A stretch of DNA of 64,000 bases. Source: an uncultured delta proteobacterium (GTDB lineage: Bacteria > Myxococcota_A > Polyangia > Palsa-1104). The notes under the pieces were generated by a model that made no database searches, was not told the DNA's origin, and saw only the letters and a program-made list of their open reading frames with translations. Both the position numbers and the translations under genes were made by a program. The stretch spans positions 448,001 to 512,000 of the forward strand of contig CAWAWS010000039.1 in the NCBI GenBank assembly GCA_963785725.1, in the 5' to 3' direction. Positions 44,980 to 54,540 of the stretch are shown piece after piece. How positions within the stretch are numbered: position 1 is the first letter of the stretch; every line of letters begins with the position of its first letter.

Positions 44980-45705
44980 ATGCGCGCCTTGACCTTCATG
45001 CTCGTCGTCGTCGTCGCCGGCTGCTCCCACTCTCCGCGGCCGCGCGCGCCGATGGGCGCCGTGCGCTCGTCGCTCGTCGGCGCGCGCGCCGAGACCGTGG
45101 TGTTCTTCCTGCCCGGCCGCAAAGATCGCGCGCGCGTCTTCGAGGACAAGGGCCTGTTCGACATCGTCCGCGAGAAGCACTTCCCGGCCGACCTCATCGG
45201 CGCCGACGCCCACGCCGGCTATTACGAGCGCGGCACGTTCGAGCGCCGCTTCGACGTCGATGTGGTCGAGCCGGCGCGCAAACGCGGCTACGCCCATCTG
45301 ATCATCGTCGGCGTCAGCTTGGGCGGCTACGGCGCCGTGCGCTACGCCATGCGCCATCCCGGACGCGTCGAGACGCTCGTGCTGCTCTCGCCGTTCCTCG
45401 GCGCCGGCTCGTCGATGCAGGAGCTGGCCGACGCCGACGATCCCGACTTCGCGCGCACGTGGGAGTGGCTGCGGCGCTATCCGGGCGAGCCGCGTGCGCG
45501 TGCCGCCGCCGGCTATCCGCGCATCGTGCTCGGCTACGCCGAGGAGGACTTGCTGTTGCACAGCGACAGCGAGCTGAAGAAGCTGTTGCCGCCGGCGGAC
45601 GTCGTGACGATCCCCATCGGCGCGCACGAGTGGATCGCCTGGCGCAAGCTGCTCGGCGTCGTCCTCGACAAACACTTGATGGACCCGCCAGCGACGCCGA
45701 AATAG
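44980..45705 (+). CDS. Alpha/beta-hydrolase lipoprotein
   Basis: Lipobox VAGC; GVSLGG; GAHEW. Confidence 0.82.
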   Translation: MRALTFMLVVVVAGCSHSPRPRAPMGAVRSSLVGARAETVVFFLPGRKDRARVFEDKGLFDIVREKHFPADLIGADAHAGYYERGTFERRFDVDVVEPARKRGYAHLIIVGVSLGGYGAVRYAMRHPGRVETLVLLSPFLGAGSSMQELADADDPDFARTWEWLRRYPGEPRARAAAGYPRIVLGYAEEDLLLHSDSELKKLLPPADVVTIPIGAHEWIAWRKLLGVVLDKHLMDPPATPK

Positions 45706-45735
45706 CCGGTTTTGGTGACATATTGAGCCTCGGGA

Positions 45736-46722
45736 ATGAACCATAAGAAGCGTCAGCCGTGGACGCCGAGCGCCGAGCAGATGCGCCATTGGCCGGCGGG
45801 AATCTCGGGCAACGCCATCAACGGGCAGGGCGAAGGCAAGCCGCGGCGGCCGTCGGTGGTGTATTGGCAGCTGCCGCCGGAGTCGATTCCGCACGGGCCG
45901 TTGCAGACGTACTTTTATGCGCGCACGGCGGCCGCCGACGAGCGCGTGGCCGAAGCGCGGCGCGAGCGCCAGCAGGCGCTGGAGCTGCCGCTCGATCCGA
46001 TCGCGGCCGTGCCCGTCGCGCGCGCGGCCGGCGAGTGGGCGACGGCCGCGAAGGCGGCTGCGCGCGACGCCGGCGCCGACGACGCCGGCGTGACCGACAT
46101 GCGCGCCGACTACGTCTTCGCCGGGCACGGCGTCCCGACGCAAAAGTGGATGATCGTCCTCGCGCTGGCGCAGGACTATCCGGCCATCGCCAGCGCGCCG
46201 TCGACGCGCGCGCTCTGCGAGATCACGCGGCAATATGCGCGCGGAATTCGCACGGCCAAGACGCTGGCGAGCTGGATTCGCCGCCAAGGCTACGACGCGC
46301 TGCCGTATGGCGGTCCGATGGCGGGCGCGTTCTTGCTGATTCCGGCGGCCATCGAGGCGGGGCTGGGCGAGCTCGGCAAACACGGCTCGATGATCCATCG
46401 TCGCTTCGGCGCCAACTTTCGGCTCGCCTGCGTGCTCACCGACCTGCCGCTCGTCGCCGATGGGCGCGACCGCTTCGGCGCCGACGACTTCTGCGCCAGC
46501 TGCCGCGTCTGCGTCGACGCCTGCCCGCCGGACGCCATCGCGCCGCGCAAGCAGCTCGTCCGCGGCGAAGAGCGCTGGTACGTCGACTTCGACAAGTGCC
46601 TGCCCTATTTCAATGAGCACGAGAGCTGCGCCATCTGCTTGGCGGTCTGCCCGTTCAGCCGGCCGCAGATCGGGCCGCGGCTCGTCGACAAGCTCGCCCT
46701 CCGCCGCGCGCGCCGCGGCTGA
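45736..46722 (+). CDS. Reductive dehalogenase/QueG-superfamily 2x[4Fe-4S] protein
   Basis: AGLGELGKHG..FG.NFRL..VLTDLPL; FCASCRVCVDACP; C...CAICLAVCPF. Confidence 0.78.
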   Translation: MNHKKRQPWTPSAEQMRHWPAGISGNAINGQGEGKPRRPSVVYWQLPPESIPHGPLQTYFYARTAAADERVAEARRERQQALELPLDPIAAVPVARAAGEWATAAKAAARDAGADDAGVTDMRADYVFAGHGVPTQKWMIVLALAQDYPAIASAPSTRALCEITRQYARGIRTAKTLASWIRRQGYDALPYGGPMAGAFLLIPAAIEAGLGELGKHGSMIHRRFGANFRLACVLTDLPLVADGRDRFGADDFCASCRVCVDACPPDAIAPRKQLVRGEERWYVDFDKCLPYFNEHESCAICLAVCPFSRPQIGPRLVDKLALRRARRG

Positions 46723-46766
46723 TCGCCCTCGCCGACCAGCCGCGCGCGTCCGACGAATCAGCGCTA

Positions 46767-47756
46767 CTAGTTGGGGATGAAGATGAGGGTGAGCTGCGTG
46801 CGATAGAAGCCCATCTGGCCCGTCGACGTGGCGCCGAGGAGATAGACCGGGTACGTGCCGGCGGCGGCGGCGGGGAAGATCGCGGTGCGGGTCATTGCCT
46901 CGGTGTCGTTCGGCGTCAAGTAGAAGTACTCGGCGTCGCCGCTGCCGGCCGACGCGGTGGCCGAGGTGGAGAGGGTGAGCTCGCCGGACGTGACGCCGCC
47001 GGCCAGGCAGTCGTAGCCGGCGCCGGTGGCGGGCGACGCGCAGTAGACGTCGGCGGAGCCGATGGCCACGATGGTTCCCGGGCCGGGCACGGTGAGGCTC
47101 GCCGTCTGGGTCGACACGGTCGCCGCGGCGGTGGATGCGATGACGGGGCCGGCCGAGTAGGTGGTGACGGCCGGGGTCTTGCCGTTGGCGGCGCTGGGAT
47201 CGCCGTTGCAGGCGTAGCTGGTGGCGACGACTTCGCCGGGATCGAGGACGCCGTTGCCGTTGGTGTCGGGCCCGGTCTGGATCTTGGTGCCGCCGTCGGC
47301 GCAGTTGGCACCGGCGGGCTCGTTCGAGCTCAAGATGAGCATCGGCGTGCCGTTGCAGATGTTGCGCGTCGAGGTGACCTCGGTCGGATCGAGGACGCCG
47401 TTGCCGTTGGTGTCCGGTCCCGTCTGAATCTGCACGCCGCCGCCCGGGCAGGTGGTGCCGTCGGGGATCGGGCCGGCATTGGTGATGTAAGAGACGCCGT
47501 TGGTGCCGTTGGTGCCGTTGGTTCCGTCGGTCCCGTCCGTGCCGTTACAGACGTAGCGCGTCTGCGTCACTTCGCCGGGATCGAGCACGCCGTTGCCGTT
47601 CTTGTCCTCGCCGACCGTGATCGCGACTCCGCCGTTCGGGCAGTTCGCGCCCGCCGGCTCGGTCGCCGTGGCCACGAGCGCGTCATGCCCGTTGCCTCCG
47701 CACGCCGCCACGATCGCGAATAACGCCGCCCCCCAAACCATCGCTTGCTTGTGCAT
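46767..47756 (-). CDS. Surface lipoprotein with three Cys-bridged DxNGNGVLD repeats and a short GTN/GTD triplet run
   Basis: Lipobox VAAC; 3x C..GG.....G.D.NGNGVLDP.EV......CNG. Confidence 0.8.
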   Translation of the reverse strand: MHKQAMVWGAALFAIVAACGGNGHDALVATATEPAGANCPNGGVAITVGEDKNGNGVLDPGEVTQTRYVCNGTDGTDGTNGTNGTNGVSYITNAGPIPDGTTCPGGGVQIQTGPDTNGNGVLDPTEVTSTRNICNGTPMLILSSNEPAGANCADGGTKIQTGPDTNGNGVLDPGEVVATSYACNGDPSAANGKTPAVTTYSAGPVIASTAAATVSTQTASLTVPGPGTIVAIGSADVYCASPATGAGYDCLAGGVTSGELTLSTSATASAGSGDAEYFYLTPNDTEAMTRTAIFPAAAAGTYPVYLLGATSTGQMGFYRTQLTLIFIPN

Positions 47757-48002
47757 GTCACCCCTCCGCCGCGCACGGTAACAGAAGAGGCGTATGCGAA
47801 AATGCAGTCGGGCCTACCGCCGCGACGCCCGGCCGGTCGATTTCGCAGGGAATCGTCCGTCGCTGCTGTGATTGGGGGCGCGCGTGGGTGCGGGGCCGAC
47901 CGACGCGCCCACGGCCCGACCGTCGCGACCGATGCGCCCTCGCCCGGCCGGCCCGACATACGCGCCGCTGCCCGACAGGCGCGCGCCGCCGCCGCCGTCC
48001 GC

Positions 48003-48992
48003 CTACTTCGCGCCGCGCGCTTCTTCGCTGCGAAAGTACGCCGCCTTGCGCGCGCGCATGACGTTGCCGAGCGGCCGATGCACCGCCAGCGCGTTCCACG
48101 GATCGAACGTCGTCGCCTCCACCGCCGCCGTCAGCTGATCCGCCTGCCCGTCGCCGATCGACTGCGGCGGAATCGTCAGCCGCCCCACCGTCACGAACGG
48201 CGCCTCCGCCTCCGGCCACGCGTTGGTCGCGTCCTCGATCGGCGTCGTCGCCTCGTCGACGAAGAACTGCAGCTGCAGCGCGAAGCGCACCGGTCCGCGT
48301 CCGAGCTGCGCCCGCATGTCGCTCGCCCAATCGAGCGCTCGCGCCGACGACAGCGCCGACGTCTCCGGCGAAATCCGCACGCGCATCGCATAAGGCCCAC
48401 ACGCGATCGGCGCCGCGCTGTAAAACGGCTCGCTGGCGAAGCCGGTGAACTTCCCGCCCTGCGCCATCGTCAGCTGCTTCAGGAGCTTGATCGCGCCCAA
48501 CAAACCGTGCTCGTGCACCAAGTGTTTGACGAGCGCGATCGGGCCTTCGGCCGCCGCCAACACCAGCCCGACGAACGGCTCGACGCGCGCGAAACCGAAC
48601 GCCGCCCGCTGAATGAGCGCGAACTCCTGCGACTTGCACTCGCCGCCGTCGAGCGCGTTCTTGCCGCTGACGCCGAGCACCTTGATGCCGAAGCCGCGAA
48701 TGTCGCCGCGCGAGTCGGCCTGCTTCTCCATGCTGCCGTTGGACAAGCGAATGCGCGCGTCGTACGTCGCCGCTTGGGCGAACAGGCCGTGGCGCGCGTG
48801 CTCGGGCAGGTCGGCGAAGACTTCCAGGCTCGCGCTGAGGCCGGTGACCTGCTTGCGATGGAGCGCGCGTCCGTTGCCGTATTTGGCCGACTTGCGCTTC
48901 TGCATGGCGACGAGCTGCTGGGCGAACCCGTCGAAGCGGTCGTCCTCGCCCGGCTCGATCGTCTCCTGCCACTGCGTGCTGGGTGGTTTCAC
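48003..48992 (-). CDS. Catalase-related small heme protein
   Basis: RALHRK, GLFA, IRLSNG, DIRGFGIKV, TPIEDA..W, FDPW..L..HRPLG.VMRARKAAY. Confidence 0.78.
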   Translation of the reverse strand: MKPPSTQWQETIEPGEDDRFDGFAQQLVAMQKRKSAKYGNGRALHRKQVTGLSASLEVFADLPEHARHGLFAQAATYDARIRLSNGSMEKQADSRGDIRGFGIKVLGVSGKNALDGGECKSQEFALIQRAAFGFARVEPFVGLVLAAAEGPIALVKHLVHEHGLLGAIKLLKQLTMAQGGKFTGFASEPFYSAAPIACGPYAMRVRISPETSALSSARALDWASDMRAQLGRGPVRFALQLQFFVDEATTPIEDATNAWPEAEAPFVTVGRLTIPPQSIGDGQADQLTAAVEATTFDPWNALAVHRPLGNVMRARKAAYFRSEEARGAK

Positions 48993-49391
48993 GAAGGCCT
49001 CGCTCGTTGAATGAAGGACGACGACTGCGACGACCGCCGACGATACCGACGGCGCTCGGCCTCCGCAAGCGCACAACCGCTCGCGTTTGCCGCGCTACAG
49101 CGGCGGCTCGTCGCGCACACGTCGGCGTCGTTGGTCCGCGGCATGCGGCGTCCGCAGCCGACCGCGCGCCGCATTCCGCAGCCGCTGACGCGTAGACGGG
49201 CGCGCCACTCCGCGCGCCCGTGCATTCGCCGGCTTGCGCCGCGCGTGCTGTAGACCGGCGCGCCACGGATGCCGCCGGTTCGGTCGCGCTCGCCGGCTCC
49301 TGCAGCTGACGTCAGCTCGATCCGCGACCTCTATTTTCGACAGTTATCGCGCGTTTCCCGCGAGGCATATCGCTTGCACAACGTCGCGCGC

Positions 49392-50714
49392 ATGAAACGC
49401 ATCGCGCTCCCACTTCTCGTCTTCATGGCCGGCTGCGGCGGCTCGTCCGGCGACACCAGCATCACGACCACCCCCACCGGCTCGCAGCTCGTCATCGACG
49501 ACGACGACTTCGAGTTCGATCCCACCATCCCGCAAACGCCGACCGCGGCCACCACGTTCATCATCACCAACCAAGGTCACACGCGCACCGGACAGCTGAC
49601 CGCCATCGTCAGCGGCGACGACGACTACGCCTTCACGATCACCCAAGACAGCTGCACGAGCCAGGTGCTCGTCGCCGGCGCCATGTGCCGCGTCGCCGTC
49701 GCGCTCGCCGCGTCGCGCATCGGCGCGTTCGAGGCCGACCTACGCGTGAGCGGCCTGCCCGGCGGTATCGCCAAGGCGCACGTGCACGGCGAGGTCGAGG
49801 ACGCGACGCTCGTCATCTCGCCCATCGACTTCGGCGGCGTCCCGACCGGCACGACCGGCCCCACGCTCACCGTCAGCATCACCAACGCCAGCAGCGTCGA
49901 CAGCGGTGCGCTCGCGCTCAGCCCGTTCAGCAGCACCGAGATCGCCGTCGTCGCCGACAAATGCACGGGCGTGTCGCTCGGCAGCGGCCAGGTGTGCACG
50001 CTGCAGCTGGCCTACGCGCCCGCGCTCGGCGACAGCAATCCGCTGGCCGACTCGCTCGTCGTGTCGGCTCCGTCCGCCGGCGCCGTCGCGCAGCCGATCA
50101 CCGGCTCGCCGATCTTGCCGGCCGCGCTCAGCGTCGAGGATTACGACTTCGGCAGCTACGGCGCGCATTACGGCCCGTTTACGACGCACGCGATGACCGT
50201 GACCAACTCGGGCTCGCTCACCGCCAAAGTTGGCGTCGTCGCGCTCGCCAATCCGACGCTGAGCGGCTTCGTCATCACCGCCGATCATTGCACCGGCGTC
50301 GCGTTGGCCGGCGGCGCCACCTGCGATGTCGACGTGCGCTCGCTCTCGTACAACGTCACGACGAGCACCGCCGTCGCGCTCGCCGACACGCTCACCGTCA
50401 AATTCCAAAGCGGCGTCACCGCCACCGCACAGATCAGCGGCAGCGTCAGCATCGACTACATCACGAGTAGCATCGGCGTGTCGCCGTCGACCGACTACGG
50501 CTCCGTCACTTCCAGCGACGGCCAGACGGCAGACCTTTCGGAGTCCACCTTCTTCTGGCCGCTGCATCCGACGGCGGCGGTCACGCTCACCGCGCAACCC
50601 AAAGCCGGCCACATCTTCAACGGCTGGACGCAGGGCATTTGCAGCAGCATCGGGCCAAACACCTGCACCTTCACGCCGGCTCCCGGCATCGTGCTCTTCG
50701 CCTACTTCAACTGA
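49392..50714 (+). CDS. Lipoprotein with three ASH/choice-of-anchor-D-like Ig domains and a C-terminal InlB-B-like repeat
   Basis: Lipobox MAGC; repeated F.I..D.C....L..G..C; VTLTAQP..G..F.GW. Confidence 0.75.
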   Translation: MKRIALPLLVFMAGCGGSSGDTSITTTPTGSQLVIDDDDFEFDPTIPQTPTAATTFIITNQGHTRTGQLTAIVSGDDDYAFTITQDSCTSQVLVAGAMCRVAVALAASRIGAFEADLRVSGLPGGIAKAHVHGEVEDATLVISPIDFGGVPTGTTGPTLTVSITNASSVDSGALALSPFSSTEIAVVADKCTGVSLGSGQVCTLQLAYAPALGDSNPLADSLVVSAPSAGAVAQPITGSPILPAALSVEDYDFGSYGAHYGPFTTHAMTVTNSGSLTAKVGVVALANPTLSGFVITADHCTGVALAGGATCDVDVRSLSYNVTTSTAVALADTLTVKFQSGVTATAQISGSVSIDYITSSIGVSPSTDYGSVTSSDGQTADLSESTFFWPLHPTAAVTLTAQPKAGHIFNGWTQGICSSIGPNTCTFTPAPGIVLFAYFN

Positions 50715-50722
50715 CGCGCGAC

Positions 50723-51268
50723 TTATGGCTGCGCGTGCGCTTCGACGTGGCCGGCATCGCTGCGACCAACGACGACGCTCACCGCGGCCGGCACTTCCAC
50801 GCGCGTCGCGGTCGCCGTCGGATTTGTGGTCGCGGCCGCCGCGTCGTTGGCGCGCATGCCGGCGAGCAGCGGCGCGCCTTTGTCACTCTTGGGCGGACGG
50901 CCGCGCCGCTTCGCCAGCGGCTCGCCCGCCGCCGTCGCCGCGTCGACGGCGCGCGTGCGTCGCGGCAGCGCGATGGGCTCGAGGCGCGCCTCCAGCTGCG
51001 CGTCACCTTCCGCGAACACGCGCAAATAACCGAACGCGCGATGGGCACGCGTCAACAGCGCCTCCTGCTGCTCGCCGAGGAGCTGGCGCGCCGTCTCCAG
51101 CGCCGCCTCCGCGTCGGCGACGGCATCGGCGGCCGCTTCGACGTCGTGCGCGGCGCTCGCCAAGAGCTCGCCGTCGACATCGGGAAAACGCAGCGTGGCC
51201 AGCTCACCGGCCAACAGCTGCATCAAGGAGCGCACGGGCGCGGGAACCGGATCCATGCCGTTATCCAT
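50723..51268 (-). CDS. Hypothetical helical protein with an AT-hook-like motif
   Basis: RFPDVD..L coiled segment; KRRGRPPK. Confidence 0.65.
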   Translation of the reverse strand: MDNGMDPVPAPVRSLMQLLAGELATLRFPDVDGELLASAAHDVEAAADAVADAEAALETARQLLGEQQEALLTRAHRAFGYLRVFAEGDAQLEARLEPIALPRRTRAVDAATAAGEPLAKRRGRPPKSDKGAPLLAGMRANDAAAATTNPTATATRVEVPAAVSVVVGRSDAGHVEAHAQP

Positions 51269-51395
51269 GAACTGAACATAAGTGCAGTTGATGGGAATGC
51301 GCAAGAAATTCTTCGCGCGGCCAACGCCAATGACGACGTGGGCGACGGAAACTCCGTTGGGCGCCGCGACCGAATGCGGCTAGATTCTCTCGGCT

Positions 51396-52094
51396 ATGTC
51401 GAGCCTTCCGAACACGGGCGTGCAGCGAATCGTCCATCACGAAGATGCCATCGGTTGGTTGTTGGCCAAAGGGCGCATCGCGGGCGCCAGCATCATCACG
51501 TCGCTGCCCGATGTCTCGGAGCTGCCTAGCCTCGGCTTCGACGGCTGGCGCCGCTGGTTCGTCGACGCCGCCGCCTTGTCGATGGAGTGCGCCAGCGACG
51601 ACGGCGTCGCCATCTTCTTCCAGAGCGACATTCGTCATCACGGCGCGTGGATCGACAAGGGCGCCATGGTCACCGAAGCCGCGCAGCGCACCGGCATGAC
51701 GCCGCTGTTCCACAAGATCGTGTGTCGCTTGCCGCCGGGAACGCCGACGTCGGGACGCGCCAGCTACGCGCACCTGCTCGGCTTCTCGCGTACGCCGCGA
51801 CCGCCGCGGCGCGCGACGCCCGACGTGCTCGCCGACGGCGGCTTCCGGCCGGGCAAGAAGGCGATGGGCGTCAACGCGTGCAAGGAGGCGTGCGAGTTCG
51901 TCCGCCGCGACACGAGCAATCACACCGTCGTCGATCCCTTTTGCGGCTGGGGCACCGTGCTCGCCGTCGCCAACGCGCTCGGCTTGCACGCCGTCGGCGT
52001 CGATCATTCGGAGCGCATGTGCCGGCGGGCGCGCGCGCTCGAGATCGACTTGGCCGCGCCCATGGCCATCGAATCGGCCGAGCTCTCGCGTTGA
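51396..52094 (+). CDS. SAM-dependent methyltransferase, N6/N4 DNA MTase-like fold with an atypical motif IV
   Basis: VVDPFCGWGT (motif I); IITSLPD where TSPPY is expected. Confidence 0.75.
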   Translation: MSSLPNTGVQRIVHHEDAIGWLLAKGRIAGASIITSLPDVSELPSLGFDGWRRWFVDAAALSMECASDDGVAIFFQSDIRHHGAWIDKGAMVTEAAQRTGMTPLFHKIVCRLPPGTPTSGRASYAHLLGFSRTPRPPRRATPDVLADGGFRPGKKAMGVNACKEACEFVRRDTSNHTVVDPFCGWGTVLAVANALGLHAVGVDHSERMCRRARALEIDLAAPMAIESAELSR

Positions 52095-53272
52095 CGCTGC
52101 CTTTGCCGCGGCCGGTTTGCGAGCGCTGTCGCCGGCCGACGGTGGTCTGCTTCTGCGCGCACTTGCCGCAGCTGCCGACGCGAACGCGCGTGCTCGTGCT
52201 GCAGCATCTGCGCGAACGGCGCGTCGGCATCGGCACGGCGCGCATGGCGCATCTGGCGCTGCCCAATTCGATCATGCGCGTTGGCATCGACTTCGAGCGC
52301 GACGCGGTGGTCAAGGCGACGCTGGCGGAGCGCGCGGCGAGCTACATCCTGTTTCCCGGGCCGAACGCCGTCGACGTGCGCGCGCTCGATCCGGCGCAGC
52401 CGATCACGCTCGTCGTCGTCGACGGCACGTGGTCGCAGGCGCGCACGCTGATTCGCGTCAACCCGACCTTGGCGGCGTTGCCGCGGCTGGCGTTTTCGCC
52501 GCGGCAGACGAGCGAGTACAACCGCATTCGCCGCGAGCCGGCCGACTTCTGCGTGTCGACGATCGAGGCGCTCACCGAGGTCTTGCGCGCGCTCGAGCCC
52601 GACGGTGACCGCTTCGAAGAGGTGCTGGCGCCGTTTCGCGCGATGGTCGAGCGGCAAGCGCGCTTCGCCGTCGAGGTGCAGTCGCATCGTCATCAGCGCC
52701 TGCACGAAGGCGAGCGGCGGCCGCCGCGCAGCCGGCGCCAAGTGCTGGGCGAGCGGCTGCAGGCCGAGTGGGCGCGGCTCGTGTGTGTGCAAGGCGAAGC
52801 CAACGGCTGGCCGGCGCGCGACCCGGCGCGACAAGATCCGGAGACGGTGCACTTCGTCGCGCTCAGGCCGGCGACGGGTGAACGCTTCGAAGCGCGCGTC
52901 GCGCCGCGGCGGCCGCTGGCGCCGATGACGCCGCGTCACGTCGGCCTGGCCGAGCCCGAGCTGCGCGCCGGCGGCACGGTCGCGCAGTGGCATGCGGCGT
53001 GGCAAGCGTTCGCGCGGCCGCATGACGTCGTCGTGCAGTGGGGCAGCTTCGCGACCAATCTGGCGACGGATGAGGGGCTGGCGCTGGCGACGCGGCGCAT
53101 CGATCTGCGCGGCGAGCTGTCGTACGCGGGGATTCGACCGCGCGGCGGCACGCTCGACGCGTCGGTCGCGCAGCTGGGCGCGCAGGTCGCGCCCGTCGAC
53201 TTCGCCGGACGCGCCGGCGAGCGGCTGGCGCAGCTGCACGCCGTCCTCATCGCGCTCGTCAGGCCGCAGTAA
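52091..53272 (+). CDS. DTW-domain tRNA aminocarboxypropyltransferase (TapT-like) with a C-terminal extra domain
   Basis: C.RC.RP...C.C, LQH..E, VDGTWSQA, STIEA; TTG start overlaps the upstream TGA. Confidence 0.85.
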   Translation: MTLPLPRPVCERCRRPTVVCFCAHLPQLPTRTRVLVLQHLRERRVGIGTARMAHLALPNSIMRVGIDFERDAVVKATLAERAASYILFPGPNAVDVRALDPAQPITLVVVDGTWSQARTLIRVNPTLAALPRLAFSPRQTSEYNRIRREPADFCVSTIEALTEVLRALEPDGDRFEEVLAPFRAMVERQARFAVEVQSHRHQRLHEGERRPPRSRRQVLGERLQAEWARLVCVQGEANGWPARDPARQDPETVHFVALRPATGERFEARVAPRRPLAPMTPRHVGLAEPELRAGGTVAQWHAAWQAFARPHDVVVQWGSFATNLATDEGLALATRRIDLRGELSYAGIRPRGGTLDASVAQLGAQVAPVDFAGRAGERLAQLHAVLIALVRPQ

Positions 53273-53280
53273 CCGACCGT

Positions 53281-53682
53281 CGTGCAATCGCCACGCGCAT
53301 CCTCTATGCCGGCGTCATCGGCGGCGGTGTCATCGACGGCGCGATCGGCCTGGGCGGCTTGGCCACCATGATCGGCGGTGCCAATAATGTCGCTCATCAT
53401 CATTCGGCCCTTGGTTGGCGCATCGTCAACTACGTCTTCGGCGGCCTCAACCTCGCCCTCGGGCTCACTTGGGGCATCCTCGCGGCCAACCGCACCATCG
53501 ACCCGACGCTCGGCGTCGCCGTGGCCGTCCCGCACTTGGCCATCGGCGCCGCCAATCTGGCCGTCGCGGTCCTCTCGACACGCCACAGCCACGACGTCGT
53601 CGCCTTGTCGATCGCGCCCATGGCCGGCCGCGACGTCAGCGGTCACTCCATCAATGGCGTCAGCCTGCAAATGACGTTCTGA
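53281..53682 (+). pseudogene. 5'-truncated paralog of the downstream membrane protein
   Basis: Aligns with 53983-54474 (TMIGGAN..GWRI.NYVF.GLNL..PMAGRDVSGHSI.GVSL.MTF). Homology extends upstream of the first usable start, and there is no signal peptide. Confidence 0.55.
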
Positions 53683-53982
53683 ACGACTGCGCCAACGCCT
53701 CGACCGTCCACTTCGCCCGCCATCGCCACCGCACGTCCCGCGCGACGACATCGACGCCGACTCGACCCGCCGACGCCGCTGCGACGTTGCGCGCGCCTGC
53801 TCGAGCGCGTCAGGCCGCCACCGGCTCGGTCGCGCCGCGCACCGTTCGGCGTCCGTCAGCCACGTCAACGATTGCGCGTCTGCGCTGTCGAGGCTTCACC
53901 GCGATGTGCGGCAAGCACGCGCCAAGCCCTTGTCGGGCGCGGCTTTCGGACTTGCGCACCGTCTTTGCAATGCGCGCTCGGT

Positions 53983-54474
53983 ATGAAATTGCAGACGCTC
54001 ATCGCCGCGCTCGCCATCGCCGCCATCACCCTCGCCCCGACGCGCGCCCACGCCGACTGCGATGAAGACGCCAGCTGTGGAAACGGTATCGCCGTCGCCA
54101 TCGCCGGCATCGCCATCGGCGGCTCCATCGAAGCCTCGCTGGCCGTCGCCGGCGTCGTCACGATGATCGGCGGCGCCAACGATCTCGGGCACCATCGCGC
54201 GAGCCGCGGCTGGCGCATTGCCAACTACGTCTTCGCCGGCCTCAACCTCGGCGCCGCCTTGGCCTGGGGCATCGTCGCCGCCGATCACATCGACACCAGC
54301 CTCGCCCTCAGCTTCGCCGCGCCACACTTGGCCGTCGGCGCCGCCGACTTGACGGTCGCGGTGCTCTCGTCGGTGCACAGCCGCGACGTCGTCGCGCTGT
54401 CGCTCGCCCCGATGGCCGGCCGCGACGTCAGCGGCCACAGCATCAGTGGCGTCAGCCTCAAAATGACGTTCTAG
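53983..54474 (+). CDS. Exported membrane protein
   Basis: Signal peptide AHA-D; three hydrophobic segments; C-terminal Phe. Confidence 0.7.
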   Translation: MKLQTLIAALAIAAITLAPTRAHADCDEDASCGNGIAVAIAGIAIGGSIEASLAVAGVVTMIGGANDLGHHRASRGWRIANYVFAGLNLGAALAWGIVAADHIDTSLALSFAAPHLAVGAADLTVAVLSSVHSRDVVALSLAPMAGRDVSGHSISGVSLKMTF

Positions 54475-54540
54475 CGCGCTCGGTCTGAGCCTTCCGCGGC
54501 GCGCCGCCGTCGACGCGCCAAACGCGAACTGCTACGACGA

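Noticed and set aside
51396..52094. Restriction-modification system
   Set aside because: The catalytic motif is atypical and no endonuclease or specificity gene is nearby.
53951..53970. Sigma54 promoter-like TGCGCAC-N5-TTGCA
   Set aside because: The invariant GG at -24 is missing.
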